DNA of 64,000 bases from Selaginella moellendorffii (GCF_000143415.4 NW_003314395.1:306658-370657), one strand, 5' to 3'; numbered from the stretch's first letter, positions 34,421 through 48,962 are shown. Notes: generated by a model not told the origin, from the letters alone. Made by a program: numbers and translations.

Positions 34421-37088
34421 CTCTTGTTTAAAATAATGTCATCAATAGTCTCTTCATCCTCATCATGACCCATACTCTTCATTAGGATCAGCACCCCAAA
34501 AAGAACAATTCCAATGAAATCAACAAGCTCTAAATTCCTAAACCATAAAATATTTTTAGAATATTTTTATGGTTTTTATTTTAGATTTAGTAATTTCATT
34601 AAGGATTTCTAAGTGATTTAACAAAGGTTCTTTATGCTTCATTTGTGAAGAAGTTTAAAAAAGTTAATCTTGTGAACTAGTTATTAAAGATCATGAAAGG
34701 GATTTTGTCTTTGAATGTGTATGTTCGTAAATTCTGCAATCATTACTTTAATTTCACAAATGCTTGCTAAAAATGCAATGCTTTATTAATGGTTTGAGTT
34801 TGGTGGATGTGTAGCAAAAAGTCAGAAAAGATTTTCTAGCAAAATTGATTGATGCCATCACTAAAGCTACTTAATCAACTATGGTCAATAGGATGGTTAA
34901 TGGGGTAAATAATATGATAAATAATTACCCAATGCTTCATATTTAGGTAAGAAATGAGTATTATTGTATCAAATCTCAAAGAATGAAGATATCAATAACA
35001 TTAAAAACCTTTGTTTGGACCAACAAGGTGGAGGGCAAATGTTTTAATTTTTACAAAGCTAAATATTATGGAAAAGGTTGTTTTCTTGTGAAGGGTTAGG
35101 GGATGTTAAGATGAATAAAGTGAAATTTGTTATGGATACAGCTCAAGAGTATTTTACAGTGGCTTTTTCAAAAGTTCAAGAACCTCATGTTTTTATAAAG
35201 TTTAATGGTTTTATGCACAATAAACTTATGAAAACCAAAAGGGATATTTAGACAAACCAAGTTTCTTCACCACCCTAAACTTTAAAAGATTGTGTGGCAT
35301 GTAGATAAAAAAGTAACTTATGGAACGATAAAACCACTTGATTTCCTTGAGACCATATCTTATTTTTCAAAGAAGAGAAAATGATGATATTTCATCTTTA
35401 ATAACTTTATTTTTGGACTCAACTTGACTAAATATTAAACTTTTTGTTTTTGGTTTACTATATATGATTCTTCTCTTGCTAACGAGCCTGCTTTGGCATA
35501 ATAGTAGTGGATATACTTAGAATATACTTCAATATTCTAGGATATTCTACCATTGTTATCCATTTAGATTAATCTTGTATTTGTAATATATAAACATGTT
35601 TATAATTTTTAAACTTTATTAAACACTTTCTAGTATACTCTTTTTATTCTAAATGGTTGATATTTAATAAGATTAATCTTCTGTTTATAAACTAAAAAAT
35701 GTGCTTATAATTATACATTTTATTAGATCAATTGGATTAATAAGTAAGAATAAGCAAACCAAGCATTGCTATATGCAACACATAGCAAATTATTAATCTA
35801 ATTTAAGAAGATTTTATGAGAGAATACAATAATGACTATATGAACCTTGATTCAGTTATAATCATACATAGTAAAGATCCACTAGTGTCATACTAAAAAG
35901 TTATGAACCAACTTATTTGCCACTTATAGCAAGCCTAAAAGAAATTTGTTTTTACCTATGACACTATAGTAATAACTCATCCAATAAATTAACATTAATC
36001 TTGTCAACTCATTAAAAATTCTAATTTTAATACATCTCAATAAGTATAAGCAAAACTTTATACAATATGGTAGATTACTTCCTGAAAATTCCAAATTCAA
36101 AAGTTTGTATTTGGGGTCATATGTTTAAATTGATATTTGGCTTGTCATAAGATTTAACCAAGAGAGGATACCTAATTTGAAGCAAGTACTATCAAGTGAG
36201 TTTGGGCAATATATTTTGTAACTCAGTAGTATTTAAACTCAAAAATGCATAGCCCTAAAAAGTTAAGTCCCATGACGCTGCAAACATTCGAAAACTAGCT
36301 TGAGAAGAGAAAGCAAAACACATAAATCTCTTTATATTTAAATGTTAATGAATCATTTTTCAAATTGTTCTTTTTAATTACTTACAATTAACTTTTTTTA
36401 TTCTTTTTATATAAATAAACGAATGAGATAACATTTCAATAGACTTTATCACTAGTTTGCACAAAATATTTTAAGGAAATAATGCTATCTAGATTGTTAT
36501 GGATTAGTTAACAGCTTCTCAATGAAAATGAAGATGACAATTTAACCTTTTTATACTTTATACTTTTATACTTGTTTGTACTGATTATGAGTGATTAGGA
36601 TCTGCAAATAGAAAGTTCACTGTAAACCTATTTCACAAATACCTTGGCAAAAATTACACAACATGCTTGGCAGCAGTCATGCCATTCCCATCACAATCTC
36701 TTTGCATGAAGGCTGAATGCGTTCAGCCCTGAAATTGAACGTTCCATGATGTGATTTTTGGGATGAAATCATTGCAATGATCTGATATTCTCTCACAGTA
36801 GAATTAGTGCTCGATATGGATAATCACCCACCAGAACTGGCAACTTTTTCCAAAGAACATGAGATAATCTTCATATATAGCATACCTTCATCTTAGTTGT
36901 TCTTATCCATTGTTCATGAATGGTTCTAGTACCAAAATCCATGTGTTTCCACTGATGATAACTCTTTGTAGCTTGCAAATGGCGTGAACACACAGTTCAA
37001 TTATGATTCATGGGTATTTAACCACATAGGAAATGGATCTTCTAACCATCTCAGGCTAAACGACGAGGGTTTTAGAGCACGATATGAA

Positions 37089-37233
37089 AGGGCTGCTAAA
37101 GGGTCCAGGCAGCAAAAGAAAAACCGATAATAAAAAAAAAGAGGGGATAGAAACGCCATAGCAAACATGACACAAGCCACGACACAACATCTCGTCAGCA
37201 AAACACAAAAGACGCAGGGACGCCCAACTACAG
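37089..37233. mobile_element. 145-bp insertion at the NHL start codon with 5-bp duplication ATGAA
   Basis: Absent in copy 2; ATGAA at 37084-37088 and 37234-37238. Confidence 0.7.
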
Positions 37234-38577
37234 ATGAAGAACAGCTCGGCCTGGATCATCGGAGCGCTGCTGCTCGCCTCGCTTGCTAATGACGCTTCAG
37301 GTCAGTTTGTTCGTGAGTTTAACGCTCTTGCTCAAAACTTTTGTTCTAGGTTTACTGTCAAGACCTCGGCAAGCACTCAGTAAATGCCTTAGGCTTGTAG
37401 CCGGACCCACGGAACAAGTTCGTGTTGGCGCTTGATTCCAGTGGCAATCGCATATGGAAGCTGAGACTGCCAAGCACTAGAACCTTTTCTTATGCTTTGT
37501 TTTGTGGCTCCAAAGCTTAAGATTTATTTTTTTCCTCTAGACAGCAGCTTGGAAGCTTTTGCCGGTTCATTCGTGGGGGAGTCCGGCTATGTCGACGGCC
37601 CCGCGGCAAAGTCACTTTTTAATCGCCCACAAAGCCTTTCTATTTGCGACAATGGCGCGGTCTTTGTGGCGGATACGAGGAACTTGGCTATACGCAAAAT
37701 CAGCAAGTTTCGTTCTCTTTTAAAAATCTCTAGAACATGTTTTCTAGTTCCAACAGTGACCACCATTGCCGGAGGTAGCTCTCGAAAGCCAGGCTTTGCC
37801 GGAGACACAGCTCGTTTCTCAAGCGAGTTTAGCTTGGCGTGTTCTTGTGGCTCCTTACTCATAGCCGATTGCGGGAACCGGCTGATTCGCGAGATACAAA
37901 TCGATGATCCAAAGTCGTGTGATTCAAGCGATTCAGCCGTTTCAGGTGACTTCTCATCCTTTACCTGGATTTTTTTTCTTTCGATTGGATTTAAAACTCC
38001 TGCTTTTTGCTGATTTCATGATCAGGATCACAAAAATGGGCTTTAATTCCCGTAGTGCTGCTTGGCGTCTGTCTGGGGATGCCTCTGGGAGCTTTTATAA
38101 TTTGGAAGATACTTGATCAGCGACTCCGGCAAGTAAGTTTCACGAGCAAAGCTGGTGACTCTTATGAAAATATTTCTAGGCAGGCGATCAGCTGGGAAAC
38201 ACCGAAAGATTGCTGGCGGACGTTCCGGAGGACGATGATCTCCAAGTTTGGCAGCGGAAGCGAACTTGCTAGCGCCGTCTTTAGTCTTTTCCTGCTTGTA
38301 TGTCATCAGGCACAGCTCCTCGCATCTGTCTTCTTTGGTGTTGCACACGAAGCCAACTGCGCCTGTCAAACAAGATCAAGACCTCCACTCTCTCCTTGGA
38401 AACACGAAAGATGAGCTTCCAGACCTCATTGATTTCATGGAAGACTCTCCCAACTTGGATGCTTCTGTTGCTCCTTCTCGCCTTCTTCCTTTTCGGGATT
38501 CGAGGAATTCGACTATAGCGCTGGAGTGTTTGGAGAAGTTCCAGCAGGAATTCAAGGACAAGCTCAAGCACAGCTAA
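37234..38577 (+). pseudogene. NHL-repeat gene copy 3 (5' deletions; 3' part near-identical to copy 1)
   Basis: Colinear with copy 1; splice donors lost at ~37470 and ~37706. Confidence 0.85.
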
Positions 38578-38639
38578 GAATGTGCTCACACAAACTTTGT
38601 TTTTCCACTCTTCTTGAATAGTCGATTGTTTCACAAATA

Positions 38640-38776
38640 GGTTGACGCTCATGTTCCAGCGCAAGGCGTTTCTCCACTGGTACAACGGCGAGGAGATGGA
38701 CGAGTTCGAGTTCTCTTAGGCGGAGAGCAATCGTGACCGAGTACCAGCGGTACTGGGACGCTTCCATCGACGACAA
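38640..38776 (+). pseudogene. TUB: Beta-tubulin C-terminal fragment, copy 3
   Basis: Near-identical to 23621-23757. Confidence 0.9.
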
Positions 38777-38890
38777 TGACTTTGGGGTAAAAACGAGTTC
38801 CCTTTTTTTCACACAAAGGCAAAAGTATTACTATTTTTTTCCAAGTCAAGGGTTAGGTTATACTTTCTCGCTTGGATTTTTCTATTCGAG

Positions 38891-39706
38891 ATGTCGGAAC
38901 GCGCGGTTTCGTCAGGTATGGATGCTTCTCTCCATCAAGAAGCTATGGTCTCTCGTGATCATGGGCCTCCAACGCTTGGCCGCCGAGCTCCAGCGCCGTG
39001 GCATGGCAGCCATCACCGAGCTTCACACCCGCGAGCACCAGCTCCAGCTCCAGCGCATCGAGCAGCGCATGGACACCACCGTCCTCGAGCATCTCATGGA
39101 GGCCACGAGCCAGCGCCAGCTTTAGCTCCAGTTCTTCAAGGTGGCGCTCCAGTTCCAGCTCCGGCTCCAGCGCCAGCTGCTTTCGTTCATGCTCGCGGCC
39201 ACCACCCTGGTGATCGAGCTCCAGCGCCTGCTCTCCATGATCATGCTCGCCACCACGATCCAGCTCCAGCCGGTGATGGAGCTCCTCTGGTTGTTCACCA
39301 CCATCACCATGGTCACCATCATGAAGGCCGCCACCACCACCACCACCACCACCACCACCACCATCACCATCGTCGCGACGGTCACAACGCAGCGATGGCC
39401 ACACCGACACCCGCGGTAGTGGTTACAGTGGCTCGGAGGACGCCCTGGTCGCTGCTCCAGCTTTTTCTCTGGGTTTTGGTTGCGATCTTGGTGCTGCTTG
39501 CGTGCTTTTTGCTCTTGCGATGGATGTTATCTCGAAGAAAACAGCGCAGGAATGCGATCTTTCAGGACCCTCAGTGGCGGATCGACGTGACGAATCCTCT
39601 GGCAGTTGTGGTGGACGATTCTCTGACTGAGAAGAAAGAGCCCGAGTGGAGGATTAAAGTGCTAAACGCACAGGAGGAAGACGATTCTCTGACTATGAGC
39701 TTGTGA
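38891..39706 (+). CDS. His-rich membrane protein, copy 3 (271 aa)
   Basis: Intact ORF with four amino-acid differences from copy 1. Confidence 0.7.
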   Translation: MSERAVSSGMDASLHQEAMVSRDHGPPTLGRRAPAPWHGSHHRASHPRAPAPAPAHRAAHGHHRPRASHGGHEPAPALAPVLQGGAPVPAPAPAPAAFVHARGHHPGDRAPAPALHDHARHHDPAPAGDGAPLVVHHHHHGHHHEGRHHHHHHHHHHHHHRRDGHNAAMATPTPAVVVTVARRTPWSLLQLFLWVLVAILVLLACFLLLRWMLSRRKQRRNAIFQDPQWRIDVTNPLAVVVDDSLTEKKEPEWRIKVLNAQEEDDSLTMSL

Positions 39707-39849
39707 AAGTACGGTGCTACCAGCATAGCGGTTTAAGCGGCGGGATTAGTGTGGTCTAGAATGCACTCTGTCTTCGCTCTAAACGGCACCAACGGACGAT
39801 GCCTTGCTCTCATGAAGTACCGAGGCTGTGATCTGGACGCTCAAACGGT

Positions 39850-40500
39850 TGATACTGCATTGGAAGACCTGTTCCAGTGTTTGGAGTGAAGAAGACACAG
39901 AGAGCTTCGTCGATCTGCAAAGGTTATATTCGTCGCAACAATCTCTATGCAAGGTGTCGAAGCCTCGTCAAGTTTTTAAATGAATACCCTGGAAGCAACA
40001 TCGTGGACTACCTTGATTGCCGACTATGCTCAGCACAACGAACTGGACGAGCTGTTTCAACTGATGCTGATAAACTTTCGTGGCAGAACTGAAGGCTTGG
40101 GCAGCTGTGGCAATTGGGAAGGTAATTTACTTGACTATCTCCAGATATAGAGACGAAGTCATTGCGTCCGTGGGAGTATCACTGGTGCTGAGCATGTAGT
40201 ACTGCGAAGGACTGCCGAGTTATGGTCACTTGCAGCTTTGTTCTGGAAGTCTTAAAACCGGACGGGTTTGCTTTCACTTCATCCTCACTGAGTGTAGCGA
40301 TGCTGGCTTGGTCGACACAGCAACCCAGGCAATGAGCTGATCGTAGGTAACTCCAGATCTGGAGCACTTTCACTGTATGGTGGTGAGGCTGTTGAGATGG
40401 CGAAAACGATGCCTTTGTTGATTATATTTTATGCTTTACGACTTTTATTTATTGAAAAAGGAGTTGATTTCACCGTATCTTTTATTAGCTAATAATGTTT

Positions 40501-40543
<43 letters not shown>

Positions 40544-42540
40544 ATAATGGAGAGACTATAACTTAAATACTATGGAAAGGTGGTTTTAAAGAATTATAAT
40601 GTCTCTCTTTGTTTCTCTTTTCTGTCAACATTTTTGGTTCTGAAACACAAAGTTGTCTGAGCGTGTGTTAGTGTTCTAACGTGGGTAGCAAGCTCAACAA
40701 CTTTACAATAGACTAGATATGTCAAAGAAAGGGTTAGCATTTGCTAGTTTTTAACCTTGAGTTAGCTCTGGAGGAACAATGATCCTAAGAGATGAGGAAA
40801 TCCTGTGTGAAGGGCACAATGTGCACCGCCCATCAACAGGGAATCGAGTTAATATTCCTGAATTGGGACAAGGCAGTGGGCAGTAATACCGACAAATCTA
40901 GAGACACTGATGGGCCCTGAGAAGAGTTCTCTTTTCTTTTTAACGGCCTGCTGACCCTGAAATTGGTTCATAGCAGCTTAACTAATAAAAGATGTCAAAA
41001 TCAAATTTAATCTCCTTCAAACATTATTCTTCCTTTTTAATAAATAAAAGTAAAAATAAAATTTAATGCATTAAATAATCAGCATAACCCAAGCTTTTTG
41101 CATCCTCTAGAAAGTTCAAAATTCATTTTTGTCTCAATACTTTCATGGCTCCCAAAACCAATCCATTATTGAGTAATGCCAAGAAAAATCCTTACAACCA
41201 TTTCTAAGAGTATACTCACAACAGCCCTTCATTCCACCAGCTTTTGAGGACTTGCAGTGATGAGGATCATACTTCTCCAGGAATTGAACATCATCTCCCC
41301 CAATATTTTGCCCAAAATTCATAATAATTTTACTTTTTTTGACAATACTTTATATGCTAGAAGTTTAATTGGAGAATGGAAAGGCTATAATTAAAATAGT
41401 ATGTAGTGGATACCAAAATGGTTATAAAAATTATAAGAAAAAAAGAAGTGTTGCTTTGGCATTTCGCTCTGTTTCAAGCCGACCATGATCACTTGGGAAG
41501 TGGAAGAATGTTATAGCCAGACAAGAAGCAAGCTGCAGCCTACGTGCATATGGAACTGTAGGCAAAGTACAGAAGAAGCTTCGACACTGACAAATGTGGA
41601 ATCATTCATAAGTTTGTACTTATGGGATAAAACTCACGCACATAGGGACAAGATGGCTTCTCAAGGCTGCTCTCAAGGATCAGGGGTAGGTTTCAGATGT
41701 AGGGGCCATTGCATGGAACATTCCTGACAAAGAAAAAGAGGAGTCGTTGTGTGGGTACAGCAAGAGGCTGGCTATCATCATGAGTTCAGGAGCAACAATT
41801 TGTATTGGCAAGAATTTGCACGTAGACCTGCAATATTTCATCTCCACTCATAGATCCAAAGGTAGCTTGGCACTTGATCTCTTTTTCCAGCATGTAGTAG
41901 CAAGGCTGTCAACTTGAGAAGCATGCCAGCTGATTCTAGGGTGGAAACTGGATTTTTGATGAGCAAAAGAGGTAAGCTTAGTTCTGGACTACAACAATGT
42001 ATTAACTTTAAGAAGTTTTATATGCAGACAACAGATTCCACATTCTAAACCTCTTGGACTCTACTCCCAAGTGTGGCATGCTCAGCAAGTTTTCGCAGTA
42101 CTTGGGAGCAGCTAAAGGAAATGACAAAGCCGAGAAAGGAATGGCTCTTCATTTGGCAGCTTGCAAGGCGGGCTATGATCTTGACATGTTCGTGGCAAGG
42201 AGTCTGGTGGATCTGTATGCAAGGTGTGGGAGCATGGAAGATTCATGCAGGATGGGTGCAAATTGTGGATATGAAGCTGATGCATTTGTCATGAGCAGCC
42301 TCGTGGACATGTGGAAGCATTAGAAGTATTTGGGAGGATGAAGAACCACAACGTTGGTTGTATGGAATATAATCATCATGGGACATGCACTTTGAGCTCT
42401 TCTATTGGATGTAATGAGATGCTGGAATTGTAGAAAAACATTGTTTCGTGGGATATATTGAGAATATATCTCAAAATGTCCACCTTTGCTCTCAAGCTCT
42501 ACAAGCAAGCTGGCAGCCAAACACTCAGGCTTAGCTGGTG
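39850..42540 (+). pseudogene. PPR and PPR-DYW remnants, copy 3 (~39850-40410 and ~41470-42540)
   Basis: Same motifs as copy 1. Confidence 0.75.
40781..40970 (+). pseudogene. 25S rDNA fragment, second copy
   Basis: Homologous to 25704-25895 at the same position in the unit. Confidence 0.85.
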
Positions 42541-42826
42541 CTTTTGTGCAAAGAGGGAAGAGTCCACAAGCTCCACATGAAGGATTTTTGGGGCAGCCTG
42601 GATATGAGATGATTGGTAATTTCCTTTAGATTGGGGACACTGATTTGAGGGCACTGCCATATTGAAGTGTGAGAGATCTGGTATAGATAAGAACAAGGAG
42701 GCAAGCTGGCTTTTTGCTCTAGCTCTAGTTTTGGAATATAGATGATTGTAGATAGATTGGTTTTTTTTAATATGTGTGTTCTTACAAATTCTACATCCAA
42801 GTCAAGCCATACATTGAGTCTATTCA

Positions 42827-43974
42827 TGTAGCGCACGTGGTTTTGACCCTTTATCCTATGGTGATTTACCATAGGATAACACCACGAAGCGGAACCTAAA
42901 CCCTTTTTGTGCCACGTGACAGATGCCACGTGTCACATGCCACGTGTCCATGCCACGTGTCCATAAGAACCCGAGGTTCAGGGCCTTGGGCCACTGAACA
43001 AAGGAACGGTGCCAAACTCCCAAGCATGGAGCCAAGGAGTGTCGGAACCAAACCACGGAGCAACTCCCGAGCATAAAGCCCAAGGAGCGAAGGGACAGGA
43101 GCCCGGAGCGACTTGGAATAGTCCTAGAGTAACCAGCATCCCAATGCTAGGACTAGCATGCAAAACGGAGCCAAACGGAGTCTGGCGCTATTTCGGCATA
43201 CCGGTGGCCTAACGCGAGGACATGGGTACTCCACCAACTAGCATGGAATGGAGTTTGGGCTTAGACCCAAGCCGGACGCAGAACAAGGACAGGCACGCAA
43301 GCGGGAGCTAGACTATGCCTCAGGTTGGTCGGCCATGCCCGACCTACCCACTATCCCTACTATACTTTTGGAACCCCCCACAGCCCCCCCCCCCCTTGAG
43401 GAACACACGCTTTGGGCTTTCACCCCAAGCCTCCCTTAGTATCAGGAGTTAGTCTCTGGGACAAGCTCGAAACTTACTAAATATGGAATGTCCTTAGATT
43501 GCGAATTTGGACACGGGACGAACACCATTGTGTTCAGGACAATCTCTACATTCCGTAGATATGCCAAATGAGCAAAATCTGGACACTTTCCATAAATAGC
43601 ATTTAGGACCGAAATGAGACTAACACAAAGGGCATGATAGCGAGGGTGTTTGGCAGACACGGTAAGCTATCATCTAGCGATATTGAGGGACCAATCTCAA
43701 TATCGCGGGGGTTCTTGATACTAGCAAGTGCAAGCCAATGACAGGAGTTTCTCAAACCAGGCCGAGTATGCTCAGCAAGAAACACATAGGGTTCCTACCT
43801 TATGTTTATCCGATCTAAGTACACGGTCATTGACCAGTTTCTCAACTAGCTCAAGTGGGAAACTGATAACGGGTCCAGCAATACCAACCTCCTACCATCG
43901 TGGCAGTAAGGTAAGAGTGTCCGTAAGGACTAGTCGACAAGTAACTTTCGATACCCGAAGTCACATTCGCGACA
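42827..43974 (-). repeat. 3' LTR (1148 bp)
   Basis: Direct repeat of 48965-50111, adjacent to the PPT. Confidence 0.95.
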
Positions 43975-43987
43975 CTCTCCCCCCCTT
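43975..43987 (-). promoter_or_regulatory. Polypurine tract
   Basis: Minus strand AAGGGGGGGAGAG directly before the 3' LTR. Confidence 0.9.
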
Positions 43988-46900
43988 GGGAAGATCGACG
44001 TCCTCGTCGATGCATACTCGAGTCTAGAATACCGCCAAGGAAACAACTCCAGAAAAAGTTCACGGTACTCACACTATGTGAGAAATGCACCAACTTAAAT
44101 GAGTTAGGGAGCAACCTCTTTGTCTAACGCGGATGCGCTACCAGCTCAGACACCTTCCGGCCGTCGCCGACAAGGAAATGACCAACGGAGTCAGCCACCC
44201 TTGCTGCTCTGGGAGTCACCCAGCTTACAAAAGTGTGATATGCCCTGCCCGCAGGAACATAGAGAGAGAAGCTAGAGGCCCCAACCCTCCTGAGCAAAGA
44301 AACCAAACCCGTCGGTAAGGTTTAGATAGACTACTGTAAACAGGCAGTTAGAGTTGTTTACACGGTCACGCCCTTTTTAACGGAATAAGGAACATCGACA
44401 GAGAGGCGGGTTATGTGACCAGTCGACAGTAGCTACCCCATGACTAGAGATTTCAACATGCACACGAAGTGCCGAAGCCAGTCTGCCTATACTGGCCCAA
44501 ACTCAAAGATCAATAGATGGACAATATCAAAGTCAGAGACAATGATAGCTCAGAGACTTAATTATCAGTGAGTATATCTTATATTAGAACACAAAAGTAT
44601 TCCAAGTAAGTTATCATCCGATAAACTAGTATTATAGTATAGGAACCACCAAGATCATCATAAGTGGTAAACATAGGATTCACCATCAAACAAAATTCAA
44701 TAGCAAGGATATCATCAAGTAAACTCAATGATAAAGTTTAACTATTAAAGATTGCAGACAGAATGCCAAACAACTTACGAAAGATAACTCAAAGAACACA
44801 AAGTATCATTGACTGACAAGCACAATGCTCGCGAATGTATCATTCGAAGGAAATAACATCCCAATCTATCAAAACTAACTCGAGCAATAATCAATAGAAC
44901 AGAATGAATGCAGTAAGACCAACAAACACTCACTTCTGCCAACTATCACAAAAGCCAATCTGAATAGATCCCAGCCAACAATACCAAGGAACTCAAGTTG
45001 CCTAAGCAAGTGTCAGCAACATCCTACTGATGTCTCAAACCCAAGAGACCAATCCAGAGCAAATCACAAAGAACATGTGATATTGCGAAAAGCCACAAGC
45101 CATCAAAGAGAACAACTAACCACCATAAAAGATCATCAATCATCCTATCAATAAAGAAATGCATAATCATCATCGAAGAAAGAATCTACTATCCCGAAGA
45201 ACAGCAAATCATTCTATACCAACAATAATCAAACAAAACCCTTGACAAGGATAATCAACTATCTTAGATGATAGTCAATCATCACCAATGATTGCTAGAT
45301 GCAAATACTAACATCAACATCGAAGCTAATGAGCCAAAATGCTTTCCCCAACAACTTCTAACAAATGGAACAATGAGCAATGAAAACTCAAAGAACCAAA
45401 AGCTCGAAGAAGTCTATAGCCAAGTCCTGCCTAAGAATGATCACGAGTCTTGCATGAACTAATTTCAATGCTAAAGAAGAAATCATGGTATAACCCATAA
45501 TATTCTCCTCAACACATCCATAAACTAAACTTCATAATGCCAAAGCTAATGAAAAGCATGTCTGCATCAACCCAAAAGCTAAGCATAATAAAGCTATGCT
45601 CGACAAGTGATCACCAAACGATCCTCCATGAATCCATCTATAGCAAGACGTAACTCACGTCATAACAAACACAAAAAGAATCATCAATGATTGATATATC
45701 CTAATGCAAACCCAACAAGGGACCAACATCTTCAATATCAATCACTAACTCTTCATCTCGTAAAGCTAGCATAGTCCATGACTGAATCACTTTTCAAGGA
45801 AAAGCCGAAGCTCAACCCTCTACTAAATAATCTCGTCTAGAACACAATTAACTCGAACTTGCCACTCAGTTCATTTGAACGTCAACACAGTTGCTAACTA
45901 GCAAATGCACAAATGCTAATAACACAAAGCTATAGCCAAATCATCAACACTATCTTCATTGAGAGCAATGAAACTCAATATCAATCCTAAGGATAGATAT
46001 ATCATCTCACCTGAATCTCAACATCAATAATATCAATGACAAGGCATTACTTCAATGCCATCAACATCAGAACAAAGCTAGAAGAAAGCACAAGTGTATC
46101 ACCACTCAAAGCTCTCTAGCAACCAAGCTAACCAAAGTCAGAGATACTTTACTCAGTATCTGAGACCAATCTCTCAACAATACTCAGTCACAGATAACAC
46201 TTCCTCAAGGAGTGCATCACCACGTCCAAGACTCAATGAAATCCAACACTATGAACTAAACGCAACCAAATTATATCAACAGAGGTAGAGTCGACATGCC
46301 AACATGGAAAACCCATGTAAGTCAAATGACACGATCCTCCGCAACACCATCCGGTAAAGCAAGCCCATCACTGCTAAATCATCATCAAGCGAAGCAAGTG
46401 TCAAAAGCCTTTGACAAAGTCTACAAGTAATCACTAGTCGCAAAGCAACTAACAATCACTCTTTCAACTTGCCTTCACAAGACCTAAACACTAAACTCAC
46501 GTCATCGAGTTATATACTTGTCCAACATGAACGTAATACCCCAGATATGAGATAAAAGTTCATAGGCAAGTACAAACCAAATGACCACTCAAATCCAACT
46601 CAACCACGATAAGCTCACCAATGCGTTTAGCCACTAGCTCTGAGCATGCCTTGAAGAGGCTAGCTATGCATGATCAACACTTAGCCGAAACTAAAGTGAA
46701 GACCATGAGATGAACTCATATCGGTACACAACCTCCTCATAGACAAAGCTACCGTACGGGTACCAACATCTCAAACTCAAACAACTAAGTTAAACATCAC
46801 CATCCTCAGCCAAGGCGCAGGGCCACCAAGACCAAGTCAAGATCAGTGAGAGCTCACTACTCTCATAGAGTCTAACGAAATGCAAAGTGCAACTTGCCAC

Positions 46901-48951
46901 TAAGCATAACGCTATAAAAGAAAGGCACAAGGGTCACCTTTCCAGAAAAGTGCAACGGCCACTTTTCTACACTAACTCCAGACTCTATCCAACTCAATTG
47001 CCTTAGCCCCAAAAGTCAGCATCCCTTTCGGGCCGCATCATACAAACTACCTACTAAAGTCTAAGCCAACCGAAGTCAACTCCAACCCTTTCACTAGTTT
47101 GTATTGGCTTACGAAAACAGAATGGTTTTCAGACAAAGTGATAATAGATCAGCCGTTGGAAAAGTCTAAGAAAATTTGTGGAAAATTTTCCATCCTAGAG
47201 AAAGAATGACTCTTAGTCTAGAAATACAAACTTCCAAGACTCAACCAACTTCCTCCTACTAACAACTTCACATAAGTTCACCTCAACACAAATCCTCAAG
47301 ACCCATAGTATGCTTAAGCATCGAACATCTTTTTGCCCATACTTCCGACATCCAACTCCAATATCCGCAAAAATGCAAAGTGAGCATCCAAAGCTTGTCC
47401 ACGAAAACCACATCTTCGGATATCCACATTGCACTACACTCTTCTTCAATCACCTTCAAGATACAATGTGAAGCCAAAACACTAACAAGAAAAATGACAT
47501 GGAAAATCAAGCTTTAAGGAAAATCCTCATCGCTTGAAACAACAATGCCACTTCCACTAACACAAGTGTTAGCAATGTCAATGCTTCAACTACACACTTT
47601 CTCCATCCAACAATCTACTCCAAGTGTTAACGGATCAACTACTGAGCTATAGCAAATGAATGCTACAACCCTTTCCAACACTTTATGGGCAAACCCTCAA
47701 GAAAACAAAGTACCAACTTAAGCTTAGCATAATGGACCACCATTGAGAATCCAGTCAAAGCTACTATAATGCTACTTCGTGCAAGTAGACTAGCTTCTCC
47801 ATCAACCACTTTGGGGTTGATCATCGTTTAACTAAGCAACTTCGTAAACACATTGCTCATTATCACATGGATATGATATAGAAATCACAATGACTTGATC
47901 ATCAATTGAGCAACACCACGGGCAATGCCAATGTCACTACTACAAAGGTTTATGTGAGTATCAAGTGCCAACTCAATTTGACAAAATGCAACATAAATGC
48001 CACACTCCACCGATAGAGACTTACAACACTGAACACCACTAACTTTTGTTCACAACATGAACAAGCTCATGCCACTCTCTTTCTGACCAAACTCAACACT
48101 AATCCAACACCAAGTTACTCTAGGAGCAATAGCAAGGTTCCCCAGAAAAGAATTGAGCATTGTAACCCAAGTCTTCCAATAGCAAGTCTAGACAAAATGG
48201 TTTAGTGCTTCACCGCTATCCATCCCACAACTCACCATTTGTAAGACCATCATCTCCAAAATGCATCAAGGTAGGGAATCTTGATTGCATGATGTGAACA
48301 CAAGCAATGAGTTAACACCTCGTTGCAAATCATCTCTCCAAGAAGAGAAGATGATTTACGTGTTTGATCCTTCGTCCCCAACGACTCTCTTTTCGGTCTC
48401 ATCTTTGACCAAACCTCAAGCTTGCGTTCGCACTGCCTTCAGTCCAATCCAAGAAAAGTTTATGAGAGAGCACAGCAATGATTACTTGAATCAATAGACT
48501 AATCCCTACAGTCTTGATTAATCCACTTGTAACCATGCCTAAGAAGGATCCATTAGTGCTGTTCTAAACAGCTACGGACTAATCTATTTGCCACTCATAG
48601 AAAACCCAGGGAAAGGTTTTGCTTTAACCCATGGTACATGGAACAACTCATGGAACCACCGATAGGCTAACATTAATCCTGCCAACTCAAAGTGCAACCT
48701 TGAGTTGCTAATGTGCCTCACTCACGAGTCCAAGCGTAAACTCGTGTTAACGGAGCATCTCTATCCATCCTATGAGCCCAAGAGCAAGCTCACATCATAA
48801 GGTACAACAAGGTAACAAAATCCATACCCAAGTAACGATTGCGAAGTCTTAGCACCCAAACGTGTACCCACTCGGATCATCGTTTTCATCTCTGCGTATG
48901 CAACGAGACTAGTTGCCCAATCTCATTGTATAGTACTCGCTGAGACTCTTC

Positions 48952-48962
48952 CTCTGATACCA
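48952..48962 (-). promoter_or_regulatory. Primer-binding site for initiator tRNA-Met
   Basis: Minus strand TGGTATCAGAG, 2 nt after the 5' LTR. Confidence 0.92.

Noticed and set aside
42856-44318. Short ORFs inside the LTRs
   Set aside because: No recognisable motifs; duplicated only because the LTRs are.
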